A stretch of 64,000 nucleotides of DNA. Source: Escherichia phage vB_Eco_ZCEC15. Each line of letters begins with the position of its first letter. Position 1 is the first letter of the stretch. The notes under the pieces were generated by a model. The model had not been told where the DNA came from. It saw only the letters and a program-made list of their open reading frames with translations, and ran no database searches. The position numbers and the translations under genes are program-made. This document shows positions 47,750 through 58,314 of this stretch, one piece after another. The stretch is from the sequence record PQ871103.1; one strand, 5' to 3'.

Positions 47750-50014
47750 TCATAATTTACAGGATGAACAATCTTCAGCTTTTGGAGTTTCTATTTCATA
47801 ATCATCAGTACCAGAACCATCGCGGGTATTATGATAATAGAAATTTTTTCCGCCAAAATACCAAAAATACAAAAGGTCATCAATCATTATTGACATTGGA
47901 ACTTTTCCTTTTGGAAAAATCTGTGGGTCATAATATGTATTCGCTGAAGCTGATTGACATACCCATTTAAGCATAATAGCTACTTGCGTAAGATAAGGTT
48001 TATTACCTTTCTTAGCTAATTTCCACGTATAATCATAGAGGTCTATGTTATGCTCAATATTGGGCACGACTTGATTAAAGGAACCCTCTTTTGATTCTTT
48101 AACAGAGACTGGTCCACGTGGAGGCTCGATACCGTTTGTACTGTTAGAAACTTGGGAAGATGACTCACATGGCATAAGTGCTGATAATGTGCTATTACGG
48201 ATGCCAAAGAGCTTAAGGTCTTCCCGCAGCGACGACCAGTCACAAACGTATTTTGGAGCTGCGATTTGGTCAATCTTTTTATTGTACCAGTCGATAGGTA
48301 ATTCGCCTCGAGACCAACGAGTGTCTGAATAATATTCGCAAGGTCCTTTTTCTTTGGCGAGCTTAATGGATGCTTTAATGAGTCCATACTGTAATCTCTC
48401 AAATAGTTCATGTGTTAAATCGTTAGCATCTTCATAAGAAGCAAAATTACTTGCCAGCCAAGCTGCATAGTTAGTAACACCTACGCCAAGGTTTCGACGT
48501 TTTTTAGCTTTTTCTGCTTCAGGAACTGGATATCCTTGGTAATCCAAAAGATTATCAAGAGCACGAACTTGGACTTCTGCCAATTCATTAATTTTATCTT
48601 GGTCTTGCCAATCGAAGTTATCTAACACAAATGCAGATAACGTACACAATCCAATTTCAGCATCAGGACTATTCACATCATTTGTTGGAATAGCAATTTC
48701 ACAACACAAGTTGCTCTGACGAATAGGTGCCTTTTCACGAATAAACGGAGTATAGTTATTCGTATTATCAATGAACTGTACATAAATCCTTGCTGTTCCT
48801 GAGCGTTCAGTCATGAGCAATTCAAACAGTTCACGGGCTTTAATACGCTTTTTACGAATATTAGGGTCTTTTTCTGCAGCTTCGTATAATTCACGGAAAC
48901 GGTCTTGGTCTTTAAAATAAGAATAGTAAAGTTCGCCACCCATTTCATGCGGACTGAACAAAGTAATGTAATCATTCTTTCCAAATCGTTCCATCATCAA
49001 ATCATTCAGCTGGACGCCATAATCCATATGACGGATACGGTTTTCTTCTACACCTTTGTTATTTTTCAAAACGAGAAGATTTTCAACTTCCAAATGCCAA
49101 ATAGGATAATAAGCAGTAGCAGCGCCGCCACGAATTCCACCTTGTGAGCATGATTTAACAGCAGTTTGAAAATGTTTCCAAAAAGGAATAACACCAGTAT
49201 GGCGTACTTCACCCATGCCAATCTTAGAACCTTCGGCACGAATCATACCAACGTTAATACCAATTCCAGCGCGTTTGGAGATATATTCAACAATTGAAGC
49301 AGAAGCCTTGTTGATAGACTTTAATGAATCGCCTGCCTCAATAACAACGCATGAACTGAACTGTCGAGTGGGAGTACGACAACCAGCCATAATAGGAGTT
49401 GGCAATGAAATCTGTCGAGTAGATACTGCTTCATAAAAACGAATAACATGTTTTAATCTATCAACAGGTTCATCTTGATGCAATGCCATTCCAATAGTCA
49501 TAAATGCAAACTGTGGAGTTTCATAAATTTGACCAGTGGTTTTATCTTTAACTAGATATTTTTCTTTTAATTGCATCGCCCCGGAATAAGTAAATTCCAT
49601 ATCCCGTTCATGCTTAATTTTTGATTCTAAAAATGTAATTTCTTCTGCTGAATATTTTGACAACAATTCAGGGTCGTATTTACCTTCATTTACACAGTAA
49701 GAAATATGGTCAATAAATGAACGTGGTTCATACTGTCCATAAACATGCTTACGAAGAGCGAACATTAAACAGCGTGCAGCTACATATTGGTAATCAGGCT
49801 CTTCAACTGAAATAGAATTTGCAGCAGCCTTAATGACAATAGTCTGAATGTCATCAGTTGTCATTCCATCACGGAGATAAGATTTAATATTTTCATATAA
49901 TTCATAAGGATCTACTGATGTTCCCTCAGCTGCCCAAGATAAAACTTTAATAATTTTTTGTGGGTCAAAGCTCTGAGAAACACCACTACTTTTGATAACA
50001 TTAATTAATTGCAT
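47750..50014 (-). CDS. nrdA: Ribonucleotide reductase large subunit NrdA
   Basis: 754 aa; active-site NLCCEI segment and C-terminal CxxC. Confidence 0.95.
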   Translation of the reverse strand: MQLINVIKSSGVSQSFDPQKIIKVLSWAAEGTSVDPYELYENIKSYLRDGMTTDDIQTIVIKAAANSISVEEPDYQYVAARCLMFALRKHVYGQYEPRSFIDHISYCVNEGKYDPELLSKYSAEEITFLESKIKHERDMEFTYSGAMQLKEKYLVKDKTTGQIYETPQFAFMTIGMALHQDEPVDRLKHVIRFYEAVSTRQISLPTPIMAGCRTPTRQFSSCVVIEAGDSLKSINKASASIVEYISKRAGIGINVGMIRAEGSKIGMGEVRHTGVIPFWKHFQTAVKSCSQGGIRGGAATAYYPIWHLEVENLLVLKNNKGVEENRIRHMDYGVQLNDLMMERFGKNDYITLFSPHEMGGELYYSYFKDQDRFRELYEAAEKDPNIRKKRIKARELFELLMTERSGTARIYVQFIDNTNNYTPFIREKAPIRQSNLCCEIAIPTNDVNSPDAEIGLCTLSAFVLDNFDWQDQDKINELAEVQVRALDNLLDYQGYPVPEAEKAKKRRNLGVGVTNYAAWLASNFASYEDANDLTHELFERLQYGLIKASIKLAKEKGPCEYYSDTRWSRGELPIDWYNKKIDQIAAPKYVCDWSSLREDLKLFGIRNSTLSALMPCESSSQVSNSTNGIEPPRGPVSVKESKEGSFNQVVPNIEHNIDLYDYTWKLAKKGNKPYLTQVAIMLKWVCQSASANTYYDPQIFPKGKVPMSIMIDDLLYFWYFGGKNFYYHNTRDGSGTDDYEIETPKAEDCSSCKL

Positions 50015-50331
50015 AAGTCCTCAACTTGAAAATCGTCTTTAAACAATCGGTTAACTATATGAGCTATTATATCACCATGACACGGCTTTGGTTTACATGT
50101 GCATCCTAGCCTCATTCCACGTAAAGGCTCTAAATGTGCTTTAGTTATTTCTCCGGATTTAATTCGACGTATAAAATCTTTTTTGAATAATTCAATGGCA
50201 GCCTCCCGGCTGCCAGCATCTTTACCGACGTAATTTCCCCAAAATGTACCACGGTGAATATTAACATCAAAGTCGGATTTATATTTATTCACTACCCGAC
50301 ATAGACGGCCCGCGCGGTGATAATTCGGCAT
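50005..50331 (-). CDS. Hypothetical protein (nrdA.1-like)
   Basis: 108-aa ORF. Confidence 0.5.
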   Translation of the reverse strand: MPNYHRAGRLCRVVNKYKSDFDVNIHRGTFWGNYVGKDAGSREAAIELFKKDFIRRIKSGEITKAHLEPLRGMRLGCTCKPKPCHGDIIAHIVNRLFKDDFQVEDLCN

Positions 50332-50560
50332 ATTGTTTTTCCGTTAAAACAGTAATATCGTAGTAACAGTCAGAAGAAGTTTTAACTGTGGAAATTTTAT
50401 TATCAAAATACTCACGAGTCATTTTATGAGTATAATATTTTTTGCTATAAATGATAATAGGCTGATTTGGTCCTGGAACTTCTAACTCGCTTGGGTTAGG
50501 AAGTGTAAAAAGAACTACACCAGAAGTATCTTTAAATCGTAAAATCATATATCCTCTCAA
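50285..50560 (-). CDS. Hypothetical protein (nrdA.2-like)
   Basis: 91-aa ORF, overlaps previous by 47 nt. Confidence 0.45.
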   Translation of the reverse strand: MRGYMILRFKDTSGVVLFTLPNPSELEVPGPNQPIIIYSKKYYTHKMTREYFDNKISTVKTSSDCYYDITVLTEKQYAELSPRGPSMSGSE

Positions 50561-50571
50561 TTAAATTAAAA

Positions 50572-50883
50572 TTATACCGCCATCTTTCCTTTAATTGGCG
50601 GGTGAGATACATAGTTGTTAAGAACGAAATCTTTAGGTCTAAGTTTAAGAACATATTTTAATTGTTCTTTAGTAGAAAGATATCGGAATTTATAAGGTAG
50701 ACCACTTATTACCAACTCACAAAGCTCTTTAGGTTCACGCCTCAAAATTTCTTTACATTGTTCTACGTGATTCATATAGATATGAGTATTACCACCAGAA
50801 AATATCAAATCTCCTGGAATAAGATTACACATCTTAGCTACAATATGAACTAACGTAGCATATGATGCAATATTAAATGGAAG
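50572..50883 (-). CDS. td: Thymidylate synthase, exon 2 (103 codons)
   Basis: Begins LPFNIASYATL directly after intron 3' end ...CATAATG; continues exon 1. Confidence 0.9.
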   Translation of the reverse strand, partial: LPFNIASYATLVHIVAKMCNLIPGDLIFSGGNTHIYMNHVEQCKEILRREPKELCELVISGLPYKFRYLSTKEQLKYVLKLRPKDFVLNNYVSHPPIKGKMAV

Positions 50884-51899
50884 CATTATGTTCAGATAAG
50901 GTCGTTAATCTTACCCCGGAATTATATCCAGCTGCATGTCACCATGCAGATCAGACTATATCTCCAACTTGTTAAAGCAAGTTGTCTATCGTTTCGAGTC
51001 ACTTGACCCTACTCCCCAAAGGGATAGTCGTTAGGCATTTATGTAGAACCAATTCCATTTATCAGATTTTACACGATAAGTAACTAATCCAGACGAAATT
51101 TTAAAATGTCTAGCTGCATCTGCTGCACAATCAAAAATAACCCCATCACATGAAATCTTTTTAATATTACTAGGCTTTTTACCTTTCATCTTTTCTGATA
51201 TTTTAGATTTAGTTATGTCTGAATGCTTATGATTAAAGAATGAATTATTTTCACCTGAACGATTTCTGCATTTACTACAAGTATAAGCAGAAGTTTGTAT
51301 GCGAACACCGCACTTACAAAACTTATGGGTTTCTGGATTCCAACGCCCGTTTTTACTTCCGGGTTTACTGTAAAGAGCTTTCCGACCATCAGGTCCAAGT
51401 TTAAGCATCTTAGCTTTAACAGTTTCAGAACGTTTCTTAATAATTTCTTCTTTTAATGGATGCGTAGAACATGTATCACCAAACGTTGCATCAGCAATAT
51501 TGTATCCATTAATTTTAGAATTAAGCTCTTTAATCCAAAAATTTTCTCGTTCAATAATCAAATCTTTCTCATATGGAATTTCTTCCAAAATAGAACATTC
51601 AAACACATTACCATGTTTGTTAAAAGACCTCTGAAGCTTTATAGAAGAATGGCATCCTTTTTCTAAATCTTTAAAATGCCTCTTCCATCTCTTTTCAAAA
51701 TCTTTAGCACTTCCTACATATACTTTATTGTTTAAAGTATTTTTAATCTGATAAATTCCGCTTTTCATAAATACCTCTTTAAATATAGAAGTATTTATTA
51801 AAGGGCAGTCCTACAATTTAGCACGGGATTGTCTACTAGAGAGGTTCCCCGTTTAGATAGATTACAAGTATAAGTCACCTTATACTCAGGCCTCAATTA
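50884..51899 (-). ncRNA. Group I self-splicing intron of td (1016 nt) containing the I-TevI ORF
   Basis: 5' end TAATTGAGGCCTGAGTATAAGGTGACTTATACTTG... follows exon 1 ...CTTGGGT; 3' end ...CATAATG; interrupts TS between FLG and LPFN. Confidence 0.9.
51031..51768 (-). CDS. I-TevI: Intron-encoded GIY-YIG homing endonuclease I-TevI
   Basis: 245 aa; GIYQIKN...KVYVGSA GIY-YIG domain, Zn finger CKCG...CSKC, C-terminal DNA-binding region. Confidence 0.95.
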   Translation of the reverse strand: MKSGIYQIKNTLNNKVYVGSAKDFEKRWKRHFKDLEKGCHSSIKLQRSFNKHGNVFECSILEEIPYEKDLIIERENFWIKELNSKINGYNIADATFGDTCSTHPLKEEIIKKRSETVKAKMLKLGPDGRKALYSKPGSKNGRWNPETHKFCKCGVRIQTSAYTCSKCRNRSGENNSFFNHKHSDITKSKISEKMKGKKPSNIKKISCDGVIFDCAADAARHFKISSGLVTYRVKSDKWNWFYINA

Positions 51900-52448
51900 A
51901 CCCAAGAAAACATCTACTGATCGTTGATACCACTGCAAATCCAAATAGCCATTACGCACATTAAACTGATAGAACATATGACAAGGCGGTAATGCCATAT
52001 ATTTAAGTTCAGCTGGATTCCATGCAGAAACAATTTGACGCCTATCATTTGGCAGTTTTTTAATACGATCAATAACTTCTATAATTTGGTCTACACCGCC
52101 AAAATCGCGCCATTGTTTTCCATAAATTGGACCAAGTTCACCGCTATGGTATCCTAAATCTTTTGCTTGATTTTCGTAATTTTCATCCCAGACTGTTTTG
52201 CCTTGAATTAATGAATCATGTTGAATTAATCGCAAATCATTGACATTTGTGCTTCCCGATAAAAACCATATTAGCTCAGCAATGCAAGCTTTCCAGGCGA
52301 GCTTCTTAGTTGTTACGGCAGGAAAACCTTTAGTTAAATCCCAGCGTAATTTAGTACCGAACAAAGCAATTGTTCCTGTGCCTGTTCGGTCATCGGTTTC
52401 ATAGCCATTTTCAAAAATGTCTTTAATTAAATCTTGGTATTGTTTCAT
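51900..52448 (-). CDS. td: Thymidylate synthase, exon 1 (183 codons)
   Basis: Catalytic Cys in LPPCHMFYQF; ORF stops at TAA formed by first intron nucleotides. Confidence 0.9.
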
Positions 52449-52492
52449 TTAGTACCTTATATAAATTATAATACATTTTATGAAGCTAATAA

Positions 52493-53692
<1,200 letters not shown>

Positions 53693-53700
53693 ATTATCTC

Positions 53701-54036
53701 CTAATATAAAGGATCGGGAACATATCCACTGGCTTTAATCATTTTGATTAACGTTAGCAGTCCTTTATTAACTGCTTGTGAGATTTCATTAAAAACTTCA
53801 TCACTAAAAAGTTCTAACACTCCCTTCTGAACTTTTAATTTACAACCAACAATTTCATCATCGCCTATAGTAAATTCGTTTCCGCCAATTCCACCGAAAA
53901 ACTTAATTACACCAGTTAACTGTGTTCCACGAGAATATGGGTCGTGTGATAAAGTAATATGAGTCACCCCAGGTACAGTTTTAAATTGGCAGCGAATGTT
54001 TACTTGGGAAATTCCAGTTACATGAATGTCAGACAT
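53701..54036 (-). CDS. Hypothetical protein (frd.2-like)
   Basis: 111-aa ORF. Confidence 0.5.
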   Translation of the reverse strand: MSDIHVTGISQVNIRCQFKTVPGVTHITLSHDPYSRGTQLTGVIKFFGGIGGNEFTIGDDEIVGCKLKVQKGVLELFSDEVFNEISQAVNKGLLTLIKMIKASGYVPDPLY

Positions 54037-54046
54037 AATATTTTCC

Positions 54047-54289
54047 TCAAACAGACTTTTTCACAATTTTCCAATCAGCTTTAAACTGATCAACGTCAGA
54101 ATGGTAAATCCAGAATCCTGCGCTTTCTCCATCCTCATAAAGAGGGCATCCATCACATTCATCTTCCCATCCCATATCACGCAAAAGACGTTCAGCTTTT
54201 TCAACAAGTTCAGAATCTTTACCGATGATATTAAAATACCATTTACCTCTAACTTCTGAATCTTTAATGCTCTGACGTTGTAATCTCAT
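54047..54289 (-). CDS. Hypothetical protein (frd.3-like)
   Basis: 80-aa ORF. Confidence 0.5.
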   Translation of the reverse strand: MRLQRQSIKDSEVRGKWYFNIIGKDSELVEKAERLLRDMGWEDECDGCPLYEDGESAGFWIYHSDVDQFKADWKIVKKSV

Positions 54290-54398
54290 TTTATTCTCCT
54301 TAGCAAGCTTTAATCAAAAGGTATAAGCAAACTAACATAACTGCTGCCATAATATAAGGTGCGAACATTTTCTTTTCTCCATTAGTTTTGATAGGGTA

Positions 54399-54428
54399 AT
54401 AGTATCACACTACTACCCTTCTGTAAAC
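54399..54428 (-). promoter_or_regulatory. Putative early promoter (GTTTAC-N18-TACTAT) with -10 inside inverted repeat
   Basis: - strand GTTTACagaagggtagtagtgtgaTACTAT. Confidence 0.4.
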
Positions 54429-54823
54429 TACTTTTTGAAAGTTTTTCGCAAAAGTTCAATGATTTCGTCTACATTGTTTTCATCAACAATGCAGTGAATT
54501 TTTGTTACGCCAGAAACTGGGGTCTTATTAATGAAATCTATGGGTTGAAATGATTCTGGAGATACTTCAACAAAGTATTTGAATTCGTCTTCATATATTT
54601 CAAAAAATGAACCCGGTTTGCCGGCAGCATAAAATTTACTGCCGTCTTGCATAGTAACTCCTGTTACGAATGATACGTTGTCATCATCAACAACCATATC
54701 ATTGACAGTAAAACTAGGACCATGAATCTCAATCAAAGATACCATATCAGCATTTTGTGGGCATTCATCAGCAAAAGTAGCTTTGCATATAGGATTAATG
54801 ATATAAGTTTTTCCGATTTTCAT
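54428..54823 (-). CDS. Hypothetical protein
   Basis: 131-aa ORF with AGAGAAAATAA RBS region. Confidence 0.5.
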   Translation of the reverse strand: MKIGKTYIINPICKATFADECPQNADMVSLIEIHGPSFTVNDMVVDDDNVSFVTGVTMQDGSKFYAAGKPGSFFEIYEDEFKYFVEVSPESFQPIDFINKTPVSGVTKIHCIVDENNVDEIIELLRKTFKK

Positions 54824-54844
54824 TTATTTTCTCTCATTTTAATA

Positions 54845-54860
54845 GGGGCTTGATAGCCCC
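54845..54860 (-). terminator. Hairpin GGGGCTATCAAGCCCC
   Basis: GC stem-loop between gene 32 downstream region and next ORF. Confidence 0.55.
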
Positions 54861-54867
54861 TTGATAA

Positions 54868-55095
54868 TTACTGCTCAATAAATCCTGTGTAAAATTCTAC
54901 ATCTTCATCATCCATACCGTCACAGTATTCATTAACCATAAACTGTTTAAGACGATTTAAAGGACCTTCAATAACAACTGAAACATTGCAATTAGGATCA
55001 TTTAGTGCGCTTATGATATTAAGTTCAGGATAACGATTACGAATATTTTGAAGAAATTATTCGTAATCAATAACATCAATATCAACTTTAGCCAT
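54868..55095 (-). pseudogene. Reading frame interrupted by in-frame TAA: 12-codon ORF (MAKVDIDVIDYE) then 62 further open codons; possible disrupted gene or leader peptide plus hairpin
   Basis: AAAGAGGAAAACAAT-ATG start; TAA at 55057..55059 lies inside an 11-bp perfect inverted repeat. Confidence 0.35.
55035..55068. repeat. Perfect 11-bp inverted repeat GATTACGAATA / TATTCGTAATC with 12-nt loop
   Basis: Read directly from sequence. Confidence 0.8.
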
Positions 55096-55115
55096 ATTGT
55101 TTTCCTCTTTAATCA

Positions 55116-55949
55116 TCAGCAGTATTGCCGATAGTTGTATAGTACCATAGTTCTTGTGGCAAAATCATCAGCAACTTTATCAGCTTTCTTAGCGGCAGTC
55201 GCTGCGGCACCACCCATAGCAGCAGTTCCCATAACTTGACTGAACTTAGTGCTCAGTTCTTCAAACGATTTGAATTTATCTTTAGAAGTCATTTCAGAAA
55301 GGTCAACCATTTGTTCAAACAGTTCTTTCTGGAAAGATTCATCATCAATGTTTGGAATCGCAGATTGATTCAGGAATTTAGATTCGTCGTAGTTACTAAA
55401 ACCAGAAACTTGTTTAACTTTCAGTACAAAGTTAGCACCTTCCCACGGACAAGTTACATCAACCGGAGTTTCACCCATTTCAACATCAACTGCAATCATT
55501 GCATTGATTTTATCCCAGATTTTCTTGCCGAAACGGTATTTAAATACTTTACCTTCATTTTCTGGAGCAGCTGGGTCTTTTACTACAAGAATGTTAGCCC
55601 AGTAAGAAGTTTTACGTTTAACAAGACCGTACTCTTTATTGTCAGTGTTGTACAAATCATTTTTACTGATGTACTGACATACTGGGCAAGAATCGTAATC
55701 ACCGTGGGTAGATGAACAGTTTTCAATATACCATTTACCATTTTTCTTGAAACCGTGATTTACAAGAATTGCGAATGGTGCTTGTTCATCATTTTTAGAC
55801 GGAAGAAAACGAATTACTGCTTGACCGTTACCCGCATTATCGAGTTTCAGTTTCCACTCGCCTTTATCTTCAGAAGAAAAACCACCTTTATTTCCAGCCA
55901 GTTTAGCCATTTGTGCAGCGAGTTCAGCAGTGGATTTACGTTTAAACAT
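55116..55949 (-). CDS. 32: Single-stranded DNA-binding protein gp32 (ORF ends without acidic C-terminal domain)
   Basis: 277 aa; Zn site H...C...CPVC; ends [24 protein letters not shown]. Confidence 0.85.
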   Translation of the reverse strand: MFKRKSTAELAAQMAKLAGNKGGFSSEDKGEWKLKLDNAGNGQAVIRFLPSKNDEQAPFAILVNHGFKKNGKWYIENCSSTHGDYDSCPVCQYISKNDLYNTDNKEYGLVKRKTSYWANILVVKDPAAPENEGKVFKYRFGKKIWDKINAMIAVDVEMGETPVDVTCPWEGANFVLKVKQVSGFSNYDESKFLNQSAIPNIDDESFQKELFEQMVDLSEMTSKDKFKSFEELSTKFSQVMGTAAMGGAAATAAKKADKVADDFATRTMVLYNYRQYC

Positions 55950-56030
55950 TTTTATTTCCTTTTTAATTTAATTAACAGTTGGTGCTATGACGATGTATGA
56001 CCTCATAGCTGGTCAGTGAGATAATTATAA
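55950..56030 (-). promoter_or_regulatory. Gene 32 translational operator: AU-rich unstructured leader and upstream pseudoknot
   Basis: - strand ...TGACCAGCTATGAGGTCATACATCGTCATAGCACC...TTAATTAAATTAAAAAGGAAATAAAAATG. Confidence 0.7.
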
Positions 56031-56032
56031 TC

Positions 56033-56040
56033 TATTTATA
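56033..56040 (-). promoter_or_regulatory. Late promoter box TATAAATA (- strand) for gene 32
   Basis: Exact motif about 85 nt upstream of gp32 ATG. Confidence 0.5.
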
Positions 56041-56048
56041 ATAAGCAA

Positions 56049-56702
56049 TTAATACTTGCAAGATTTCACAGTTTCAATAAAAACACTTTTAGCTTTCTGT
56101 GAATCAATATTTAAAATTTTTCTATAAGCCTTTAACTTTATAGAATAATTATTCCAGACTAAATTATCAGTCTGTTCATCATGTTTATCGATTATATTTA
56201 AAAACGAATCAAGCAAGATAAACGTTTCAAACGAAATTATATTCGATTGAAGTAGTTTAAAAATATAACTTGATTGGACTTTTGGATTATACTCAAAGAT
56301 TTCTTTAAAAGCAGAAACTTCAACTTTTTTACTAAAATAATAAATGTTGCGAATATCTTCTTCAAACTTAAATTTAATTTGCTTTAAGCGTCCGATATAT
56401 TCACGATAAAACACAAGTGCATCAGCGTCAGAGATGTCACCAATCCAAGCATCTTGGTTAGCAACAAGATTGCTTATAAAGATTAAAGCAAGTTCCTTTA
56501 ATTTATATTTTTCTGATAACTTCTGGAAAAAATACTTATCCCTTCGCTTTTGATAAGCGGCATCAGACACCCGCATGCACCAATTATACTTAATTACATC
56601 ATACTTTCCATTCATATGTTGTTTTATCATTAAGTATAATTTATAAACTGATTTACCATCAATGTATCTTTCACCACCAGCAGGCATGCGGAGTTTAATC
56701 AT
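56049..56702 (-). CDS. 59: gp59 helicase loader
   Basis: 217 aa as T4 gp59; position upstream of 32. Confidence 0.9.
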   Translation of the reverse strand: MIKLRMPAGGERYIDGKSVYKLYLMIKQHMNGKYDVIKYNWCMRVSDAAYQKRRDKYFFQKLSEKYKLKELALIFISNLVANQDAWIGDISDADALVFYREYIGRLKQIKFKFEEDIRNIYYFSKKVEVSAFKEIFEYNPKVQSSYIFKLLQSNIISFETFILLDSFLNIIDKHDEQTDNLVWNNYSIKLKAYRKILNIDSQKAKSVFIETVKSCKY

Positions 56703-57037
56703 AGTAGAAAATCTAATGTATTAGTTTTTTCACAACGAACAACAGAAGGACGTAAAAGATTTTCGTCAATAGCTTCTGACTGAATTTTTTCAATTATACC
56801 CGAAGGAATAAATTTAGCAAATTGAGTTTCAGGAATAGAATTTTCTTCTAAGAATGCTGTTGTAGCTTCAAGATAACTCATTCCAAACTCTTCTACCATT
56901 TTTTCAATAATAAATCCATTTTCTTGACGATCAAGAAGCTTTGCAATTTCATCTTTTTCTTTCTTAATTGAAAGTTCTTTTTCTGAAAGACCGGTCTCAT
57001 CGACCGGACGAATATCATTTAGAGAAAACTGCGTCAT
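56699..57037 (-). CDS. 33: gp33 late transcription co-activator
   Basis: 112 aa from internal Met MTQFSLNDIRP. Confidence 0.85.
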   Translation of the reverse strand: MTQFSLNDIRPVDETGLSEKELSIKKEKDEIAKLLDRQENGFIIEKMVEEFGMSYLEATTAFLEENSIPETQFAKFIPSGIIEKIQSEAIDENLLRPSVVRCEKTNTLDFLL

Positions 57038-57284
57038 AAAGTTCAACTACCTCTTCAGTTTCAGCTTCAAACACATCACGGTTATCTTTATGATACAAAG
57101 CTAACAGACGATTAAACATCTTGCCATCAACGCCAAGTTCATCTTTGGCACGAATTCGAATATCTTTAATCAATTCATTATAACCAGAAATTTTCAGTTT
57201 ATGATCAGATGCTTCTTTAATAAATTTAGCCAAATCTTCGCCATGGATAGCTTCATCAAATTCAACCATTTCTTTTTTAGCCAT
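57015..57284 (-). CDS. dsbA: DsbA double-stranded DNA-binding protein
   Basis: 89 aa; position between rnh and 33. Confidence 0.8.
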   Translation of the reverse strand: MAKKEMVEFDEAIHGEDLAKFIKEASDHKLKISGYNELIKDIRIRAKDELGVDGKMFNRLLALYHKDNRDVFEAETEEVVELYDAVFSK

Positions 57285-57292
57285 TATTCACC

Positions 57293-58210
57293 TCAAAATT
57301 CATTAATGCTATTAGTTAATTTAGAAAGACCCGCTTTTACAAAATATGAATAAATTTTGCCACGCGGTGGTAATTTATATGAATTATAGTAATTCACAAT
57401 GTTTGAAGCAATATTATCAGGAATATAATCAAAATCAATTAGAACTAAATTTTCTTTATAACGATTATATTCAGATTCTGTGAGAAGCACCTTAGCTTGC
57501 TCACGGTCATTAGCAATAGCTTCAACAATAGAGGTTTTCATTGAAGGAGTTCGTTCACCTTCAACTCTGGTAAACCAAAAGTCAGATCGTACTTTAACTG
57601 AAGCAACGTTATCCTTTTTGTCACCCTTAAGAATTTTAGTCATACAATCAATTTCAGCAGAACCGCTTTTAATTTTAACCCATTTCTTGTGCATCGGTGA
57701 CCATTGCTTAACATTTGGATATTTGTGAAGTTGAGTAAAGTCACCGTCCGATGAAATGATTAAAATCTTATGTCCTTCTAAAGAGAACTTTTTAACAAGA
57801 ACAGCAATGTGGTCATCTGCTTCATACTTATCAATATCCATAACAATGTATGGCATATAAGCTTTCAATTCATCTATAACTTTATGGCTGGATTCAAAAT
57901 AACCTTCCCAGTCCCAAGTAGATTCTTCTCGTGCTTTTCCACGGTTTTTCTTATAATAATAAGCGAAATCACGGCGCCAGTATCCAGATTTCGCGTTATC
58001 AATACACAGCACAATTTTAGTGTATCCAAGCGTTTTTGCTTTTTTGACATTAAACTTAATTGAGTTCAATATCAAATGACGAACCATTGATAAATTAATT
58101 TTTTCTTTATCTGGGAAGTTTACCAGAGCAGTTGAAAGAGCAATTTGACTAAAGTCAATAAAGCAAATTCCTTCTTTGTAATCTTCATCCAGCATCATTT
58201 CTAAATCCAT
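57293..58210 (-). CDS. rnh: RNase H (5'-3' exonuclease / flap endonuclease)
   Basis: 305 aa from internal Met MDLEMMLDEDYKEG. Confidence 0.9.
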   Translation of the reverse strand: MDLEMMLDEDYKEGICFIDFSQIALSTALVNFPDKEKINLSMVRHLILNSIKFNVKKAKTLGYTKIVLCIDNAKSGYWRRDFAYYYKKNRGKAREESTWDWEGYFESSHKVIDELKAYMPYIVMDIDKYEADDHIAVLVKKFSLEGHKILIISSDGDFTQLHKYPNVKQWSPMHKKWVKIKSGSAEIDCMTKILKGDKKDNVASVKVRSDFWFTRVEGERTPSMKTSIVEAIANDREQAKVLLTESEYNRYKENLVLIDFDYIPDNIASNIVNYYNSYKLPPRGKIYSYFVKAGLSKLTNSINEF

Positions 58211-58239
58211 ATGAACCTCGTTCAATTAGTGAGATTTCT

Positions 58240-58268
58240 ATTATATACTATCTAAATCTTAAAGTAAA
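58240..58268 (-). promoter_or_regulatory. Early promoter for rnh (GTTTAC-N17-TATAAT)
   Basis: - strand GTTTACtttaagatttagatagtaTATAAT about 30 nt upstream of rnh ATG. Confidence 0.55.
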
Positions 58269-58271
58269 CAG

Positions 58272-58279
58272 GTATAAAT
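58272..58279 (+). promoter_or_regulatory. Late promoter box TATAAATA upstream of gene 34
   Basis: Exact motif 36 nt upstream of ATG. Confidence 0.6.
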
Positions 58280-58314
58280 ACTTATTATTGAAAACACAAT
58301 AGGAGCCCGGGAGA

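Noticed and set aside
50005-50560. Two overlapping ORFs (108 and 91 aa) as one frameshifted gene
   Set aside because: The downstream ORF has its own plausible ATG and the overlap is in different frames, as is common for compact phage operons; no slippery sequence was seen.
55236-56000. 159-aa and 81-aa + strand ORFs
   Set aside because: Lie entirely antisense within gene 32 and its leader; AT-rich phage genes commonly give spurious antisense ORFs.
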